A DNA stretch of 61,203 nucleotides, filler included, from Rhabdomonas costata (taxonomy: Eukaryota), in assembly GCA_019059605.1 (NCBI GenBank). It is 18 parts of 18 records of this genome, joined end to end, with 100 filler letters (N's around TTAATTAATTAA, not from the genome) between each part and the next. Parts side by side here need not be neighbours in the genome. Positions count along the whole stretch, not along the records: positions 23,872 to 27,178 come from JAHMHO010001025.1; positions 27,279 to 30,582 come from JAHMHO010001026.1; positions 30,683 to 33,987 come from JAHMHO010001027.1; positions 34,088 to 37,391 come from JAHMHO010001028.1; 14 more parts are not named here. One strand, 5' to 3'. The position numbers and the translations under genes are program-made. Position 1 is the stretch's first letter. Every line of letters starts with the position of its first letter. Of the stretch, positions 24,525 to 37,387 are shown piece by piece. The notes beneath the pieces were generated by a model. That model had not been told where the DNA came from, searched no databases, and saw nothing but the letters and a program-made list of their open reading frames with translations.

Positions 24525-26286
24525 TCATCCCTTAAGAACGAAGGGGCGAATCCGGAGTGCAAGCCTCCGCCCGAACTCCGCGCTGCCCTTCTCTGAGAGA
24601 TGTAGCCCGTCTTCCTCCCAGCACCCGTTGTGCGGGTCAAAGGGCAGAGGGCTGTCCACGTACAAAGCCCTGAATAAAAAACAAACAATTGCACATGCTA
24701 GGTTACCAGACCAGGACACAGTTTCTATGTCATTTCTCATAAGCATCAACCTCACACAACGCGAGGCAACCAAAGGCCTACTGCCGCTTGAGTTGTCTGG
24801 TATGTTCCCTTTTTGCATTCCTTTACCAGTTGAATGGCACTTACCACACACACAGCCTTCCCTTATATCAGCACACCTCGGCTTACCAGAAGGCACCGAA
24901 CAAATGCACTGAATCAGGTACGCTTGGTGCCTCCAGCATTTGTCTTTCAGGTCACATGCAGCCCTTTCATAATTCGAAGCACGTGAGTGGGGGCGGGGAC
25001 CTGACCTGTCAGGAACTTTTGAAGCCCACTCCTTGAGACCACGGTTCACAGCTGCACGGGTTCGAGCTGGAGGAGACTGCCTGTGCCATGCCAGGAAGGA
25101 GCTCTCAGGGATGCCAATCGCGACTGTCCGCAGCCCGTGGTGCCGGCACGCCTCATGAATTTCCTTCAGGTCTTCAAGGATGGCATCTGTATTAAACAAA
25201 ACGAGAAATCAAAACAGTGAAGAGCATAATCACATGATGTATACGCAACTGCACCCGCGAGGAAATGGCGAAGTCCACACACAAACACAGGCAATCACGC
25301 ACCAGCAGCAACATCGAGATGGAAGCTTCAATGCGTTTTATCCAACCGATTGGTTGCGGTCCGTGGCGGCGATGAGCGAATGTGTTCTGGTTTGTTTTGA
25401 TTTTTCTAATTCGCAACACTGGTGCCTATATTTGGAATTTCAGGTGAGGTCGGAGTCATGAGCTGAAAAGCACTTGCTTCCAGAGTTGCTCCCAGCAAAC
25501 CTGGATCCCTGTCGAAGGCGAGGTCATTACTTCCCGCCATGATGATTCCCACGGTGTACGTGTGCTCCTTGAGTTTGGCGAGAAGACCCGTGCGAACAAT
25601 GCCGCAGACGTCCGTGCACAAGGGTTGGGCCAAGTTGGCCACCAGCTCGTCCGACCTGTATACAAAAAGTCACAAGAATACAGCACACAAAACACAGTAC
25701 AAGCGAAAGCACAGCACCGTGTTCTCCGAGGGAGGGAAACCGCACAGCTTCCGTGCATTTTCCGTTCACCGCACTGGGACACCAGGGCAGCGGCCGTTGA
25801 TACTATACAAGAACGCAATAAGCAGATTGTGGCTGGCCAGGCCGGCTGAGTCACAGCATCGACACGCGGGCGGATGCGTGAGGTATCGAGAAAAGGCCAT
25901 TCAATTAGACTACTTCATCGCTTATGGAGGGTCCCCCACATAAATATCGAAGCACTTTCACCCCCGAATTCAAATGAAAGGGTTTTGCTCTACCAGGGGC
26001 TTTAAATTTAATTTCTCTAAAAACCTTTCAAACACCAACAACTCTGACGAAGGAAAGGGACCGCCTGCATAGTTTGGTGACCTTTCAGAAGAAGGGCGTA
26101 CCTCCACCCGGAAAGACCAATGGCGTCGACCGGAACCTTCAACTCCTCCGCCAGAGTGATCGCATACGGAGCAAAGTGAGTGCCGTCCCGGCAGTACCCC
26201 GCAGTGAGGCTATCCCCATAGCAAACGATTCGGGGGGAAGCCTCACGCCGGAGTGTCAAAAGCACGCGGGATAACGCCCTCAACAT
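24525..26286 (-). CDS. SGNH/GDSL hydrolase, complete 4-exon gene (26286-26102, 25655-25501, 25186-25006, 24669-24525), 221 aa
   Basis: Blocks I (CYGDSLT), II (GLSG), III (MAGSND) and V (EDGLHLS). All introns are GT-AG with matching phases; total 666 nt including TGA. Confidence 0.93.
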
Positions 26287-27550
26287 TTCCCCGCAAAGGA
26301 GGGGGAGAAAAGGCTGGAAGGGTTGGACAGCAACCGATTCTTAAAATCGCAATCTTCCTGCCTGCACCGTCCACTACTGGCATGCTGCAGCTGCCGCAAC
26401 TTTCGGAGCAGGCTGGGTCTCACGCCTGAGGATAACTGGGTTTAGTGGTGAGATCGGTTTAACATTCAGTTGAAATGTCAATGTGTCACTGACTCTCCAG
26501 CGAAGGCTCCATGCGTGGGTTCGGTATTATATAGTGGGTTGCCGATTCGTCACCTCAAGACATACAGTTTCATTTAAGGCAAAACATGCTCCAGCCAGTT
26601 GTGCGCGTTAGAACCCCTCCTCATCCTCGCGGGAGTCATAACACCCATGCACGTCCAGAAACATACACCAATGCAACAGAAACAGAGTGCAACATAAACG
26701 GAGAGCAACAAATGGAAATGAACAAATGGAAACTCCCTTTGGCTGATATTACAATAATCTTAAGCTTTTCAGCAGCCGAAGCGCAGTCACTGCAAAGGAG
26801 AGGAGTCGCCTGGGTGGCTCGCTAGGATGGCCACGTGCATCGCGGACCAGGTTTCCTTGAAGGCCGCAAAGTCCAGACCTTGGTCCTGGGGAAGGGCCCT
26901 CCACTTGGAAAGGTAGAGCTCTCCACAGGCGCTGTGATGCTGCGGCAAGGGCTCTTTTGAAGCGGCGCACACGTCACCGGTGCAGGCCAGCACTTGCTCC
27001 AGCGCAGCGATGACAGCGCCGGGCAGGATCATAGGAGCAGTAGGAGGAGGAGGAGTACCCTCGGTGGAGAGCGGACTTGAGAGTGAAGAGAACACTGACC
27101 CGAGTTCCATGGACCTTTGGCTGAGGCTGTCGCTTTTCGCTGCGGTTTCGCGGACAACAAGAATTAGCCCCACCCCCCNNNNNNNNNNNNNNNNNNNNNN
27201 NNNNNNNNNNNNNNNNNNNNNNTTAATTAATTAANNNNNNNNNNNNNNNNNNNNNNNNNNNNNNNNNNNNNNNNNNNNTTTCCGGAACCATTTTTCCTTG
27301 GCTTCCGTGCTGGCGGGCCGTGTATGTGCCTGGGCCTGCTAGCGGTAGCGCATGCGACCGATGATGGCCACATGTCTCAGGAGGTAGGGGTGTTTTGAGC
27401 ACATACTGCACGTTGTTCGTTGTACTCCAGGATATCACAGGTGTCCACCGCACACAAGGGAACAGAGAAACGTGATAAGGTTATGTCAATAGTAAAAGGA
27501 AGACACTTCTAACATTTCAGGCAACTCATCGCAATATTCCTGTCCGACAC

Positions 27551-28083
27551 CTGAACCTCGTGCCACTCCTCCGGGACAGCGATCACCTCGATGATAACAC
27601 CAGTTCCGTGAAGGTGGCCCATGGCGCACTGGCTGTTGCTTGAATGGCTGTTAGCGACTGCCTTGGACTGAAGGGTGCATGCACCGGTCCCAGAAGTATG
27701 CGTGTGTGCATTGGTGGAAAGGAGGAGAGTCTCGGCCAAGCAAAGCAGAACAGCGAGGCACTCCACGTCATGGAGCAACCCAACCTCGTAAGCCACGAAT
27801 AATCAAAAACCACCTTTCTTTCGCAGATCTGAAATAATTTTGCCTTAACAAAACGGCGTGACAAAAAGCGTTCTTCAAACGCCGCAGCAAGAGAGGGCAG
27901 CTTAGAGAATGAGAGAAGAAAAAGGCAAAAGCGGGAGGATAGGGGGGAGGGGCAGGGGTGACTCACCGGTGTGGCAGAAATAAGCTGAACTGCTGGGGTG
28001 TCCAGGTGCACAGCGGCGGAATCGGAAGAGGAGGAGGTCTCCGCGGGGGGAGTGGGGGGTTGGTCCGAATCTTCGGCGAGCAT
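27551..28083 (-). CDS. Probable exons of an uncharacterised protein
   Basis: ATG after a long pyrimidine tract (MLAEDSDQPP...ISATP|gtgagt) and an exon-like cag|SKAVANS...EWHEVQ|gtgtcg. No recognisable domain. Confidence 0.35.
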
Positions 28084-30682
28084 GGTTTTTGTTCGAAGGG
28101 AGAGGGAAAATGTGGGAAAGAAAGGGAAAAACGATGAAATGAAAGAAGAAGACGAGAAATTATCCTCGGAAGGATGAAAACAAAGAAACGTAAAAAAAGA
28201 AGCCGCAGAGCTGGATTCAGCACAGCACAGGGGACTGACGGCGGCGGTCGGGAGGGACACTTTATTCACGTCGTCCAAAATCATAAGACACAAAGGAATG
28301 GTCAGAAGACTCGATTGAATTTGACTCCGATGCCGATTGGTGCGGAACATAGGAACTGACAACCGCCGGGAAAGCAAAACCATCTCTCGAGGGATTACCC
28401 GAGATTGATTTGCTTATCCCCGCGCCTACTTGAGAGCGGATCATCCTTACGCTCAGGTTTTGGGGCTTCGTCACTGGTATGCTCCATTTCAAATCACCTT
28501 CCCGCCCTTAGGTAACAGGAGCCAGGCAACACCGATCCAATCAACAAAGGCAAACATCAGGCAGTGCATCCAGCTACCAATGTTAGCAGATCACAAGAAA
28601 ATGGGGACAGCAACCCCTCTCCGCTTTCCCCAGAGCTCACTGAGAGGTAATGCTTGACAACCCAGCACCAGACTTTCAGAAGCTTGCCTGCTACGCAGCC
28701 ACGAAATGAGTAGCTGCTGCCTGCTGCCGCGTCCGAACAGCAGACAAAGACAAATCCACACCCACACCCATACTGAACAACTGCTAGAAGTGACAACCCC
28801 GGTACAAAATCGAAACGAAAGTGGCCGTTACCTCATTCTTCTAAAGAAGAGCTTGAAAACGGGAGGCACAATCCAATTCAGCGCAAGAGACCTTCATGGG
28901 ATGAAAACGGCACACCCTCTGCACAAAAAAGCGCCAAGGGAAGAAGAAGTAGGGGCGAAAAAAAGGAAACGAAAAAAGGAGAAGGGGAGAGGGGAAAAAT
29001 GAGCAATGACCTCGGTAAGGGTAGAAGGGACCGCGAGAAAGAAATAGCAGAAATGAAGAAGACAGAACCACAGACTTGGTGCAAAAAGGTGAAAGGAACA
29101 TTCGTGCTTCAGGTCCAAAACCAAACACCACAAAACAGGCCCAGGTGCTGCGCACCTCCGTGCGCAGGGGTCTGGGTCGCTGCAGGGTTTGCAAGCCAAA
29201 GCCACTACCGGTGATTTCGGGCCCAAAGTTTGACATACTGTACACCCACCTCTGACATTCTGCTCTTTGTTAAAAGCGCGGGTAATGTACCCGACGTTCG
29301 GTGAGAGATTGCGTCCAAGCTCCCAACGAAGCCGTTGGCTTTGATGCTTCACTCACTCCATCGCTCAAGATATACACTTTTGAACAAGGCTCGTCCCCCT
29401 AAAACTCTCTCTCTCTCTCTTGGTGAAGAGTGTGGAAAATGCTGAAGATTGGTGGCGCGGGAGATCAGGATCCCGCTGGAGCCAGATCCTTGGTGATGAT
29501 ACTCTCTCAATTAAGGGGAAGAGAGGGCCCCCCTTCTGTCTAACCTCTCTCTCACTCTCTCGATAAGGGCAGTCAGCCGTGGCAGGCGTTGGTGCACCTA
29601 CCTGATAGGCGACTTCTTTACCACACCCTGACGGCACCGCTTGGCAGTGCCCTGTCGTGCCTTCTCTTCAGCGGAAACCGGAGGGAAACCGGGCCGCGGA
29701 TGGCAGCCAGCAGGATGCGGTGTCCTCTCCCCGTTTGGGAGGCTTGCGCGGGCGGACAGCTTCGGACCACACCCAGAAGACCAGGAGTCTTCCTGTAAGC
29801 ACAGCACATCCACCCACCCGGAATGCAGCATCTCCATGTATTGTCACCTTAAAGGTGAGTTTTCTTTTTAGATCGAATCTAAAGGAGGCGTTTTTACCTT
29901 ACAAGCGATAGTTCCTAGGGAAAATTGTGCTGTCTGGAAGGTATCTTTGCAAACGGAGCACTGAAAAGGCGACATAGTGACATGGTGTTCTCTTATGGCG
30001 CGCAGGTTTATGAAGTGCTTCAGGAATTTTTAAACCTTTTGTGGACGTGCATTTTTTCAGGAATTTTTTAGCCTTTCTTTTTTGGACCAAAACGACCGTA
30101 TGAGGGTCATCGCATCTCGCCTTTGAGGTTCCATGGTCCGTTTTTGCAGAATTATAGCTTCGGCTCACTTCCACATGACCTGCGCCATATATTTTATTTT
30201 ACAGGAGGCAGGCAACAACCTTGCCCTGTCTACTTTGTTCTTCTCGGGCCTCATTATTGGACTTCCACTATCGGATTTTAGTCACGCGCTAGGCTGCTGT
30301 GCATTGGTTTTTTTCGCTCTGTGCTTCAAACTGAACTGAGCTGAGCCATTTGCTTTCAAAAAACGACGGCAGGAAGATGAAAAGGAAGGGCGTTAATGAG
30401 TAGAGCCCAAGCGAGGCCAGGAAGAGGAAAAGGAAATCCAGCAGAGAAAGGGGCAGGGTGATGGAGGATAAAAGGGCCAACAGCTAAACAGCTGGGAACA
30501 AACCGGATCCTGCATAATCTGTGGAAACTTTTAGAGAGCGTCGAAGTATGTTTCCTTTTTGCACGTTGCTTTACTAGTTGGCNNNNNNNNNNNNNNNNNN
30601 NNNNNNNNNNNNNNNNNNNNNNNNNNTTAATTAATTAANNNNNNNNNNNNNNNNNNNNNNNNNNNNNNNNNNNNNNNNNNNN

Positions 30683-30801
30683 TGTTGGGATCCGACAACT
30701 TATGGGCGTTCCCCCTGATGTGCAAGTCATCGTCTGGAAGCTGCACCATTTCGATGACTTGCACATCAGGGGGAACGCCCATAAGTTGTCGGATCCCAAC
30801 A
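30683..30801. repeat. Perfect 50-bp inverted repeat (19-nt loop) at contig start
   Basis: 30683-30732 is the exact reverse complement of 30752-30801. Confidence 0.95.
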
Positions 30802-31341
30802 GAGGCTACGCCTTTCACACGGAACGATGCCTGACAGAGTCAGGAAAGGATTAAAGCGGATTAAAATACCTCAATTCATCGTTATACACTCCCTGATGGG
30901 CGGAGAGAGACACTGCCCTGCCGTAGAGAAATAGGGCCCTTTATGGACGTGCATGAATGTAAAGTACAATGTCGATATTGCACAGATGATGGAGAAGTCA
31001 GAGAGACAATGAGAGAGGCGGTGCTTGTTCCGAGCAGCATCGGATGGTACAAAAAGGTTCAGCTTTGTAGGGAAGGGTTGCAACGCATCCAAACCCCGTC
31101 ATACAGACCACCCCCGTTTGTAAATCACTCCTTGACCAATGTAACAAACTTGCTACTTTGCTTCCAATGGGACCAAAACGGCAGATAACTCGAACGAATT
31201 GAACGACAAGGAAACCTAACCGAACCTAACCCTCGTCATGCACACACTTCGCCACAAGCAACTCAGCTCGAATTTGCCTGGGCTGCATAGCATGGCAGAA
31301 CATGATACTTGAAGAAAAAGGAAATGTCAAGTGCCGCAAAC

Positions 31342-32428
31342 TTGGGGCAGCAGAACAAGTTCTTGTTCTGCAGGAAAGGGTGAGTAGGGCCCGATAGACT
31401 TTCCGATGTGCGTGTGAATCAGGAACATCACCCCAGATTTATGTTTGCCGAGAAACTCCGAGGCAACCTTCGGTGAAATCGAAGTGCTGCTAAAACCTGG
31501 AAAGGCGACCAACAAACCCGGGGCGTAGCGACTCACATCCAGCTGGACTCCACCGATACCTCGGAACACAACCGCAGATTTTGCCTCAAGCTTCGCAAGG
31601 GCCGATGTGATATGGAAGATCACGTCGCGGAAGGTCTCAATCTCTGTGTCCCCTCCATCAATGAAGCCTCGCATCGAGGCGCTGATGGACTTGTAGATCT
31701 GGAAGGACCATGAGGGGTCAGCGGCAGGGGAGCGAATCCACTGCAGCAGCTCAGAAAGCTGTGGGCTGGTGTCCGGATGAAGGGCAGACCCGCTGACATG
31801 GCTTCGGCTGATCTCCGCAAGAACCTCTTCCTCGACCTCAACTTCGCTGGTCTTCGCGAACTCCCTGAGGCGCGCGCTGAGCTCTTCCCCCTGAAGGCTG
31901 GTAATCGCAGCTGCGCTGGCGCCGATGTCCTTGAGCTCAAAGGCGTAGGTAAACAAAGCGAAGCGATCGCTTTCCAGAAGGTTGTCGTCATCGGGGAAAG
32001 TAGTTTTCGCACAGAACTCCTCGTAGGAACGGAAGAGCTGTAGAAAGCGTTCATGATCAGCGAGACGGCAGAGTCGCAACCACAAAGACTAATGTATCGT
32101 GAAAGCAGAAGTTGAGGGGAAAATAGGAAAATACCTGGTCGATAACGTGGGTTGGGAATTGGCTGGGAGGAAGCTTTCTCAGGACTGTTTTGAGGTCGTC
32201 AGCAGGGCGATAGTTGGAGGGGAAAAAGGGCTTCAGGGCGGTGATTGTTGTCGGGCGGGTCAGGCCATCGGACATGCGAGTGGCATCCTCGGTGGGTGCT
32301 CGACGTGACGCTCGCCGTCCTTTTGACGTGTTCGACTTGGCGGCGGCGGGGACCACATTCGGGGTAACGTAAGTTTGACCGTAGGAGGAGGAAAGCGGTT
32401 GCACTGGAGAGGATTGGTTGCAGCCCAT
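31342..32428 (-). CDS. R-S-E (ARTC-clade) mono-ADP-ribosyltransferase with N-terminal MGCxxS acylation motif; exons 32428-32135, 32088-31342, last exon unresolved
   Basis: VVFRGI, FPGFSSTS, VMFLI and YSPFPAEQELVLLP motifs. A 46-nt GT-AG intron (32134-32089) joins the MGCNQSS exon in frame. Confidence 0.9.
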
Positions 32429-35400
32429 TCACAAAGGACAAACAAACAGACCTCAAAGGAAAGAAACCACAAGAAACCAAAAAAGGGCAGTGACTCCGAA
32501 GAGCGTGCGCAACGGTTTGCCATGTTTCAAGCGGTGAACGTCCAACCTGAAACAAGCGGTCTGGCGAGCAAATCAACGATGCAAATCCCTGAACGTGCGA
32601 CAACCAAGCGGGGAGAACGATAAATGCTGGTGACTGCTGCATTGGGTCCCGGTGTCAAACTCTGGACGCAGTTGGAAACCGCATATCTGAAACCCACCCT
32701 TCTGTAAAAGGTCTCTAAGGTCTAAAGTGGTTTGAGTGGAACACTTACGGCTCTGCGTCACAACAGTTCAGTTGCACAGACACAAAAATCACAGACAACA
32801 CATCAGAGACAACTGCAACAAACAAAGTCACAGGAGAGACACTCGCTGCAAATTGTGGACAGTGCCGTCCGGAGTGAACCAACACAGGGCGCGTGGGTCT
32901 AACGTGGATGTACATCGCGGAGACTACCACCCCTGGAAACCGAACGGAGTGTTTCAGCGCGAAGACAAAGAAGAAGATTATCACAGCAAATTTTGCCGGA
33001 GTTTCCTCTCTCTTTCGTTCACTCATCCCAGATGAAACAAAAAACGTGGAGAGAAAGGACAGGGCACGCGATGAGCATGGCGAGCACGGTCAAAAAGAAC
33101 GGACGAGGAAAAGAGGCAACTTGCATGCATTCGATGACGAAGGAGTGGAACCCTTCAACCATATCAACTGGAGCGAAACCAGTGAGAATGTCAACAAGAA
33201 CATCGTAAACCAGCAAACCATACTCACAACAGTCATGAAGTTGCACCAGCCGATCAGCTGGACCAATTTTGGTGCACATGATAAAAGCAAGCCGAAGGAA
33301 AGGAAGTGTTGGGCAGTCGTCAGACGGAGAAGAGTTGACACGCAGTTGCAACCACCACAAAATGAGCAAAGCACACGGTAAGATGAGATCACAATGGTTA
33401 GGCTGGGGGGCTGGGGTGGGAAACAGAGGACTAAGGAAGGCTATTCCGAGCTCTGAAGCCCTCCATCCAACTTGCTGCGTGTGCTCGAGAAGTGGGAAAC
33501 TCCACGCTGCACCCAAAAAGCAATAACCGGCACGTTTAACTGCCCCACTGCAGCTGGAAAGGTGTTAATGTAGGTGGAAAAGATCTCGGAAAAAGAGCGG
33601 GGAATGGTATGAGCGTGCTGCATGGCCCACCCTGCGACAGGGCTAGTAAATGGAGCAACCCCAGCACAGATTGTGCGGGATCCGTGAAAACGCACATTTG
33701 AAATAGCGAGCTCTGTGCTCAGCAAAGCGGTGTGGGTGTGTGGGTGGTGGGGGCTCACGCAAGACAGGGGTCATAGCTGAATGGTTGAGGAAAGAACGAA
33801 ATACAGTGCAAGGAAGGGAAGTGGAGCAAGGACATGGGGTGAGGTAATTCCAGCTGCGAACGAAGAAAAGGAGGAGGTCATCATTTGCAAAAAGAACAAT
33901 GGCAAATAGGAAGGAAAGTCGGGAAAAGCTGGATATGGAAAGGTGAAGAAAAGGGCCGAAAAGGAGAAAAGGGACAAAACCAAAAACNNNNNNNNNNNNN
34001 NNNNNNNNNNNNNNNNNNNNNNNNNNNNNNNTTAATTAATTAANNNNNNNNNNNNNNNNNNNNNNNNNNNNNNNNNNNNNNNNNNNNGGGGTGGGGGTGA
34101 TGGTTACATTGTAATTTTTGCCTTCCTTGGGTTATTTGCAGGGCAGCTTTACCTCTACTTCTGCTCGTTCGAGTGGTTCAAGTCGCCGAGGCGAAGACTT
34201 TCCTCTTAGCAACGTCGGTGTTCCACCCGCGAGGTGCGGCACTGTTCCTTACTCCACCCGTTTGCTCTTTGTGCAAAATAACGCGGTTCGCAGTTTCGCC
34301 CGGTGTGCCACAGGTAACCCTTGAGATTCCTCAGAAACGGAGAACTCGTTCGTGTGCAAACTTCACTTTGATCTAACAGGCGTATAAAATAAAAACGCCT
34401 GACAAACCAACAGTCCCACCTTAGACTAAACAGACGAAAATACTCTCATTTAATTGTCAGTTTTTTGTTTTGTGAAGAAATTTGTAATGCCCCACCTTCC
34501 TGAATTTCCAAACTTGCGCTTAAATGTGGACGAGTGGCTTTTGACAGGCTGCTTATTCTCGTACTTTTGCGGTCCTTGGCACAGTGGGAGAGATTGGAGG
34601 AAGATATTCGTTTGCGGCTGCCTCGACACAAGGCCAGGTAGGCAGACCCATTTGAAAGTCATCCACCGCCCATCCACCTGTGGTCTTTCGAACGATGTGG
34701 TAGCCTGCGGAAAACGATATGGGTGTGAAATTTGCTGAAATTCAACAAAGCGGGTTGAGATGCACCCCGACAAGGGGAACCTGATGCCGCGGCTTCAAGG
34801 TGCACTGCTCACCACGCGATTCAATTGCCAGGTGCTACTGTCACCACATCATTACGCTCCACCGTGCATCCTTGTTAACCTCTGTTTTTTGAGTCTATTG
34901 GCATGCAAACCACGCAACCACTGAGAATTAGGATCGCCTTTTTTTAACAGGTTCGGTCCCTCCTCCTCAATGAAAGCTGCTGCGGGTTTCCACAAGTTGT
35001 GGGGCTCTGTCTCCTTCGCTGTTGGCTTCTAAGTGGTCCCAGGTGTTTCCGAACTATATACCGTCTCCCGTCCGTTTGTCCGTCCCGTCATTTCCAGAAA
35101 GGTCATCGAATGACCGGCATCGGATAACCTGGGGCAGAGGATCCATCTGGCAGCAGTCTTGTACATTTTTCATCTGAGCCATTTGCCCTTTTCTACGAGC
35201 AGTTTTTTTTTCATTTCTTCTCTTTTTTTTCTGTTTGATGTTTTCTTTCTTGGTCGACGATGTTGGTATCGTTCTGACACAGCAGACTTTTGGCTGGTTG
35301 ACCTCTCTTGTTGTCTGTCATATCATACTTTCAGTGAAGAGGCAGTAAGGGGCTGTCCGAAAAAAAAACTATGAAATAGGAAGCATCTCAGTTGACCACC

Positions 35401-36922
35401 GTTGACTGTAAAGTTGGCATTGTGTTGTCCGCCGCCCCCCAGCAGGTTCCGTCTGGTACCCCCATTTTTCCCGGACACAGTGTTGTTCTGGGAAACGTGT
35501 GCGCGTTTTCATTGCGAGTCTCCGTTCCGTGCGTGTTTTTCCTTTTTGCACTGTTTTCTGCTGAAGCAGCAGGTGTTGCTTGCGTTTACGTCGATGCGGT
35601 CAGTTTCTTCATGACCCTGCATCCTGCCTTTCCTCCAGTTGCCATGGCCCACCCCCATAGCACATTCCTTTCATGTAATCTGACGTGGAGTGCTTCTTTT
35701 GCTCCAGCCCATTTTCATTATGTGGAAACGTTCCACTGTTTGTGATGCGTTTGAATAACTTTTTCCGCTTTCTCCGTGTTTGTCTCTTCGTCTCCGCTTA
35801 TGTAAGGAAGGGAGCAAGTCCATTCTCGCTTTCATGTCTTGGGCTCAACTGAACTTGGTCTCAAAGTGAGTGTAACTTTGAAAACCCATTCGAAATTGTG
35901 ATTTAGCAATGCAAGTGACGGGTGTCCAGATGCAGAGAGCGAAAAATGCCAAGCACATTCAAAATTGTTGGATCTCCCACGTTTGTGTTGCACTGCGACC
36001 ACAATAAGCATCGCAGTTCGCCGCTAGCTACACACATTTTTCGACGATGGGAATAAAGTTATGCATTTATTATGTGGATCTTCGAGTTTTTGAAGCTAAA
36101 GGTACTTTTGGGCAAACCGACATGCTTTCCTTTCTTGTACTCCTGTATTCGGTGGCATGGGCGCCTCCCACTTTCATCTAAATACCTCTTTGGCTCTCTC
36201 GTTGCAGTGATGGGGATGAATGTGTGCCGTGAATGTGTTATCGATTTCATTCGCCACCTACTTTCCAATAGTTTGCATGTTTTTACGGACTTGTCCTCTT
36301 GTACTAATAATGGAAAGCATGGCCAAACCCGTCCGCGGTCTTTTTCGCGGTGCTCGGCCAATGTAACGTTGTGCTCACTCGCACAGGCTCAGCCACGACC
36401 TCGAGATTGCGGTCAGCGCGTGGAAACTCACAAAATATGCTCAAGTCTCCCCACACTTTGCAGAAGACACTAGGCTGTTCCATTCAACATCTGGTGGATT
36501 TGTCCCCTAGCCTCTCTGGCCTTGTCTTCACTTGGGGTTGTCCCATTATGGACGGCTTTCTCGGACGTGTTTATCGTAAATTAGGCACCGCAAGGTTTCA
36601 GATTCTGTTTGGAAGTTCCTTTGGCAACCAATCTTGAAACTGCCTCCGCCCCCGATCGTGAGCTCCGGAGTGCAACAGCTGCACTTTGAGTTCGGCAAGG
36701 TACTTTTTTTTTTTGCGAAAATACTGCTTTTTATTTCTGCTCGGTCTGGTCATGCCCTCGATTAAACTGAACCTCCTGAAACTAGGTAAACATAAGGGTG
36801 TTGGAGTAGACTTCTCATCGTACACTCGTCAAGAGAAGTCGTGGTGACCGCTAGCTCGAGCACTGGTCGCAACTGAGCCGCAAAAGCCCCCATTGACACT
36901 TACGCGCACGCGCGCTTCCACG

Positions 36923-37171
36923 ATGGCCTCACAAAAGAGTGCAAAGGGGGAGGGCCGCACCTCCGCGGCCTCCCCCGCTGGGCCCACCAAGAAGGATGGA
37001 GCTCCCGCTGCCTCTCCTTCCCTGCCGCTTACCCTGCCAGCTTCAAACTCGCAGCAGCAGCTCGCGAAGAGCCCCCGCCCTCAGTCTGAGGTGTCCGGGG
37101 CTGCCAGCCCTGCTGGGTTTGCCCCGGGGAGCCTCACAGCCAGAAGGGCCTCCACGGCTTCTCAGCTCCGG
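36923..37171 (+). CDS. Probable first exon of a Ser/Pro/Ala-rich protein
   Basis: GC-rich, ATG-started MASQKSAKGEG...STASQLR followed by a gtccga donor. No domain. Confidence 0.45.
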
Positions 37172-37263
37172 GTCCGAAGGCTGCGGCATGGTCCTCTCTC
37201 ATCTGCCCTTTTTCATGTACATGTATTCGGGGTCGGAAAGGTTGTTTGCAAAATTCTAGTGGC

Positions 37264-37387
37264 TTTTTTCTAATAAATTTTAACAGATGAGAAGAAATGT
37301 AGAAAATATCGGACGAAAGGGTATTCATGGTCTTTGGTCCGATATTTTCTACATTTCTTCTCATCTGTTAAAATTTATTAGAAAAAA
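37264..37387. repeat. Perfect 51-bp AT-rich inverted repeat at contig end
   Basis: 37264-37314 pairs with 37337-37387, with 4 more bp after one mismatch. Confidence 0.95.

Noticed and set aside
29400-29800. Structured GC-rich non-coding stretch, possible SINE or HDV-like ribozyme
   Set aside because: Only short hairpins found; no nested pseudoknot, A/B boxes or second copy.
36059-36640. Possible decayed reverse transcriptase
   Set aside because: No RT motif (QG, YADD) recognisable in any frame.
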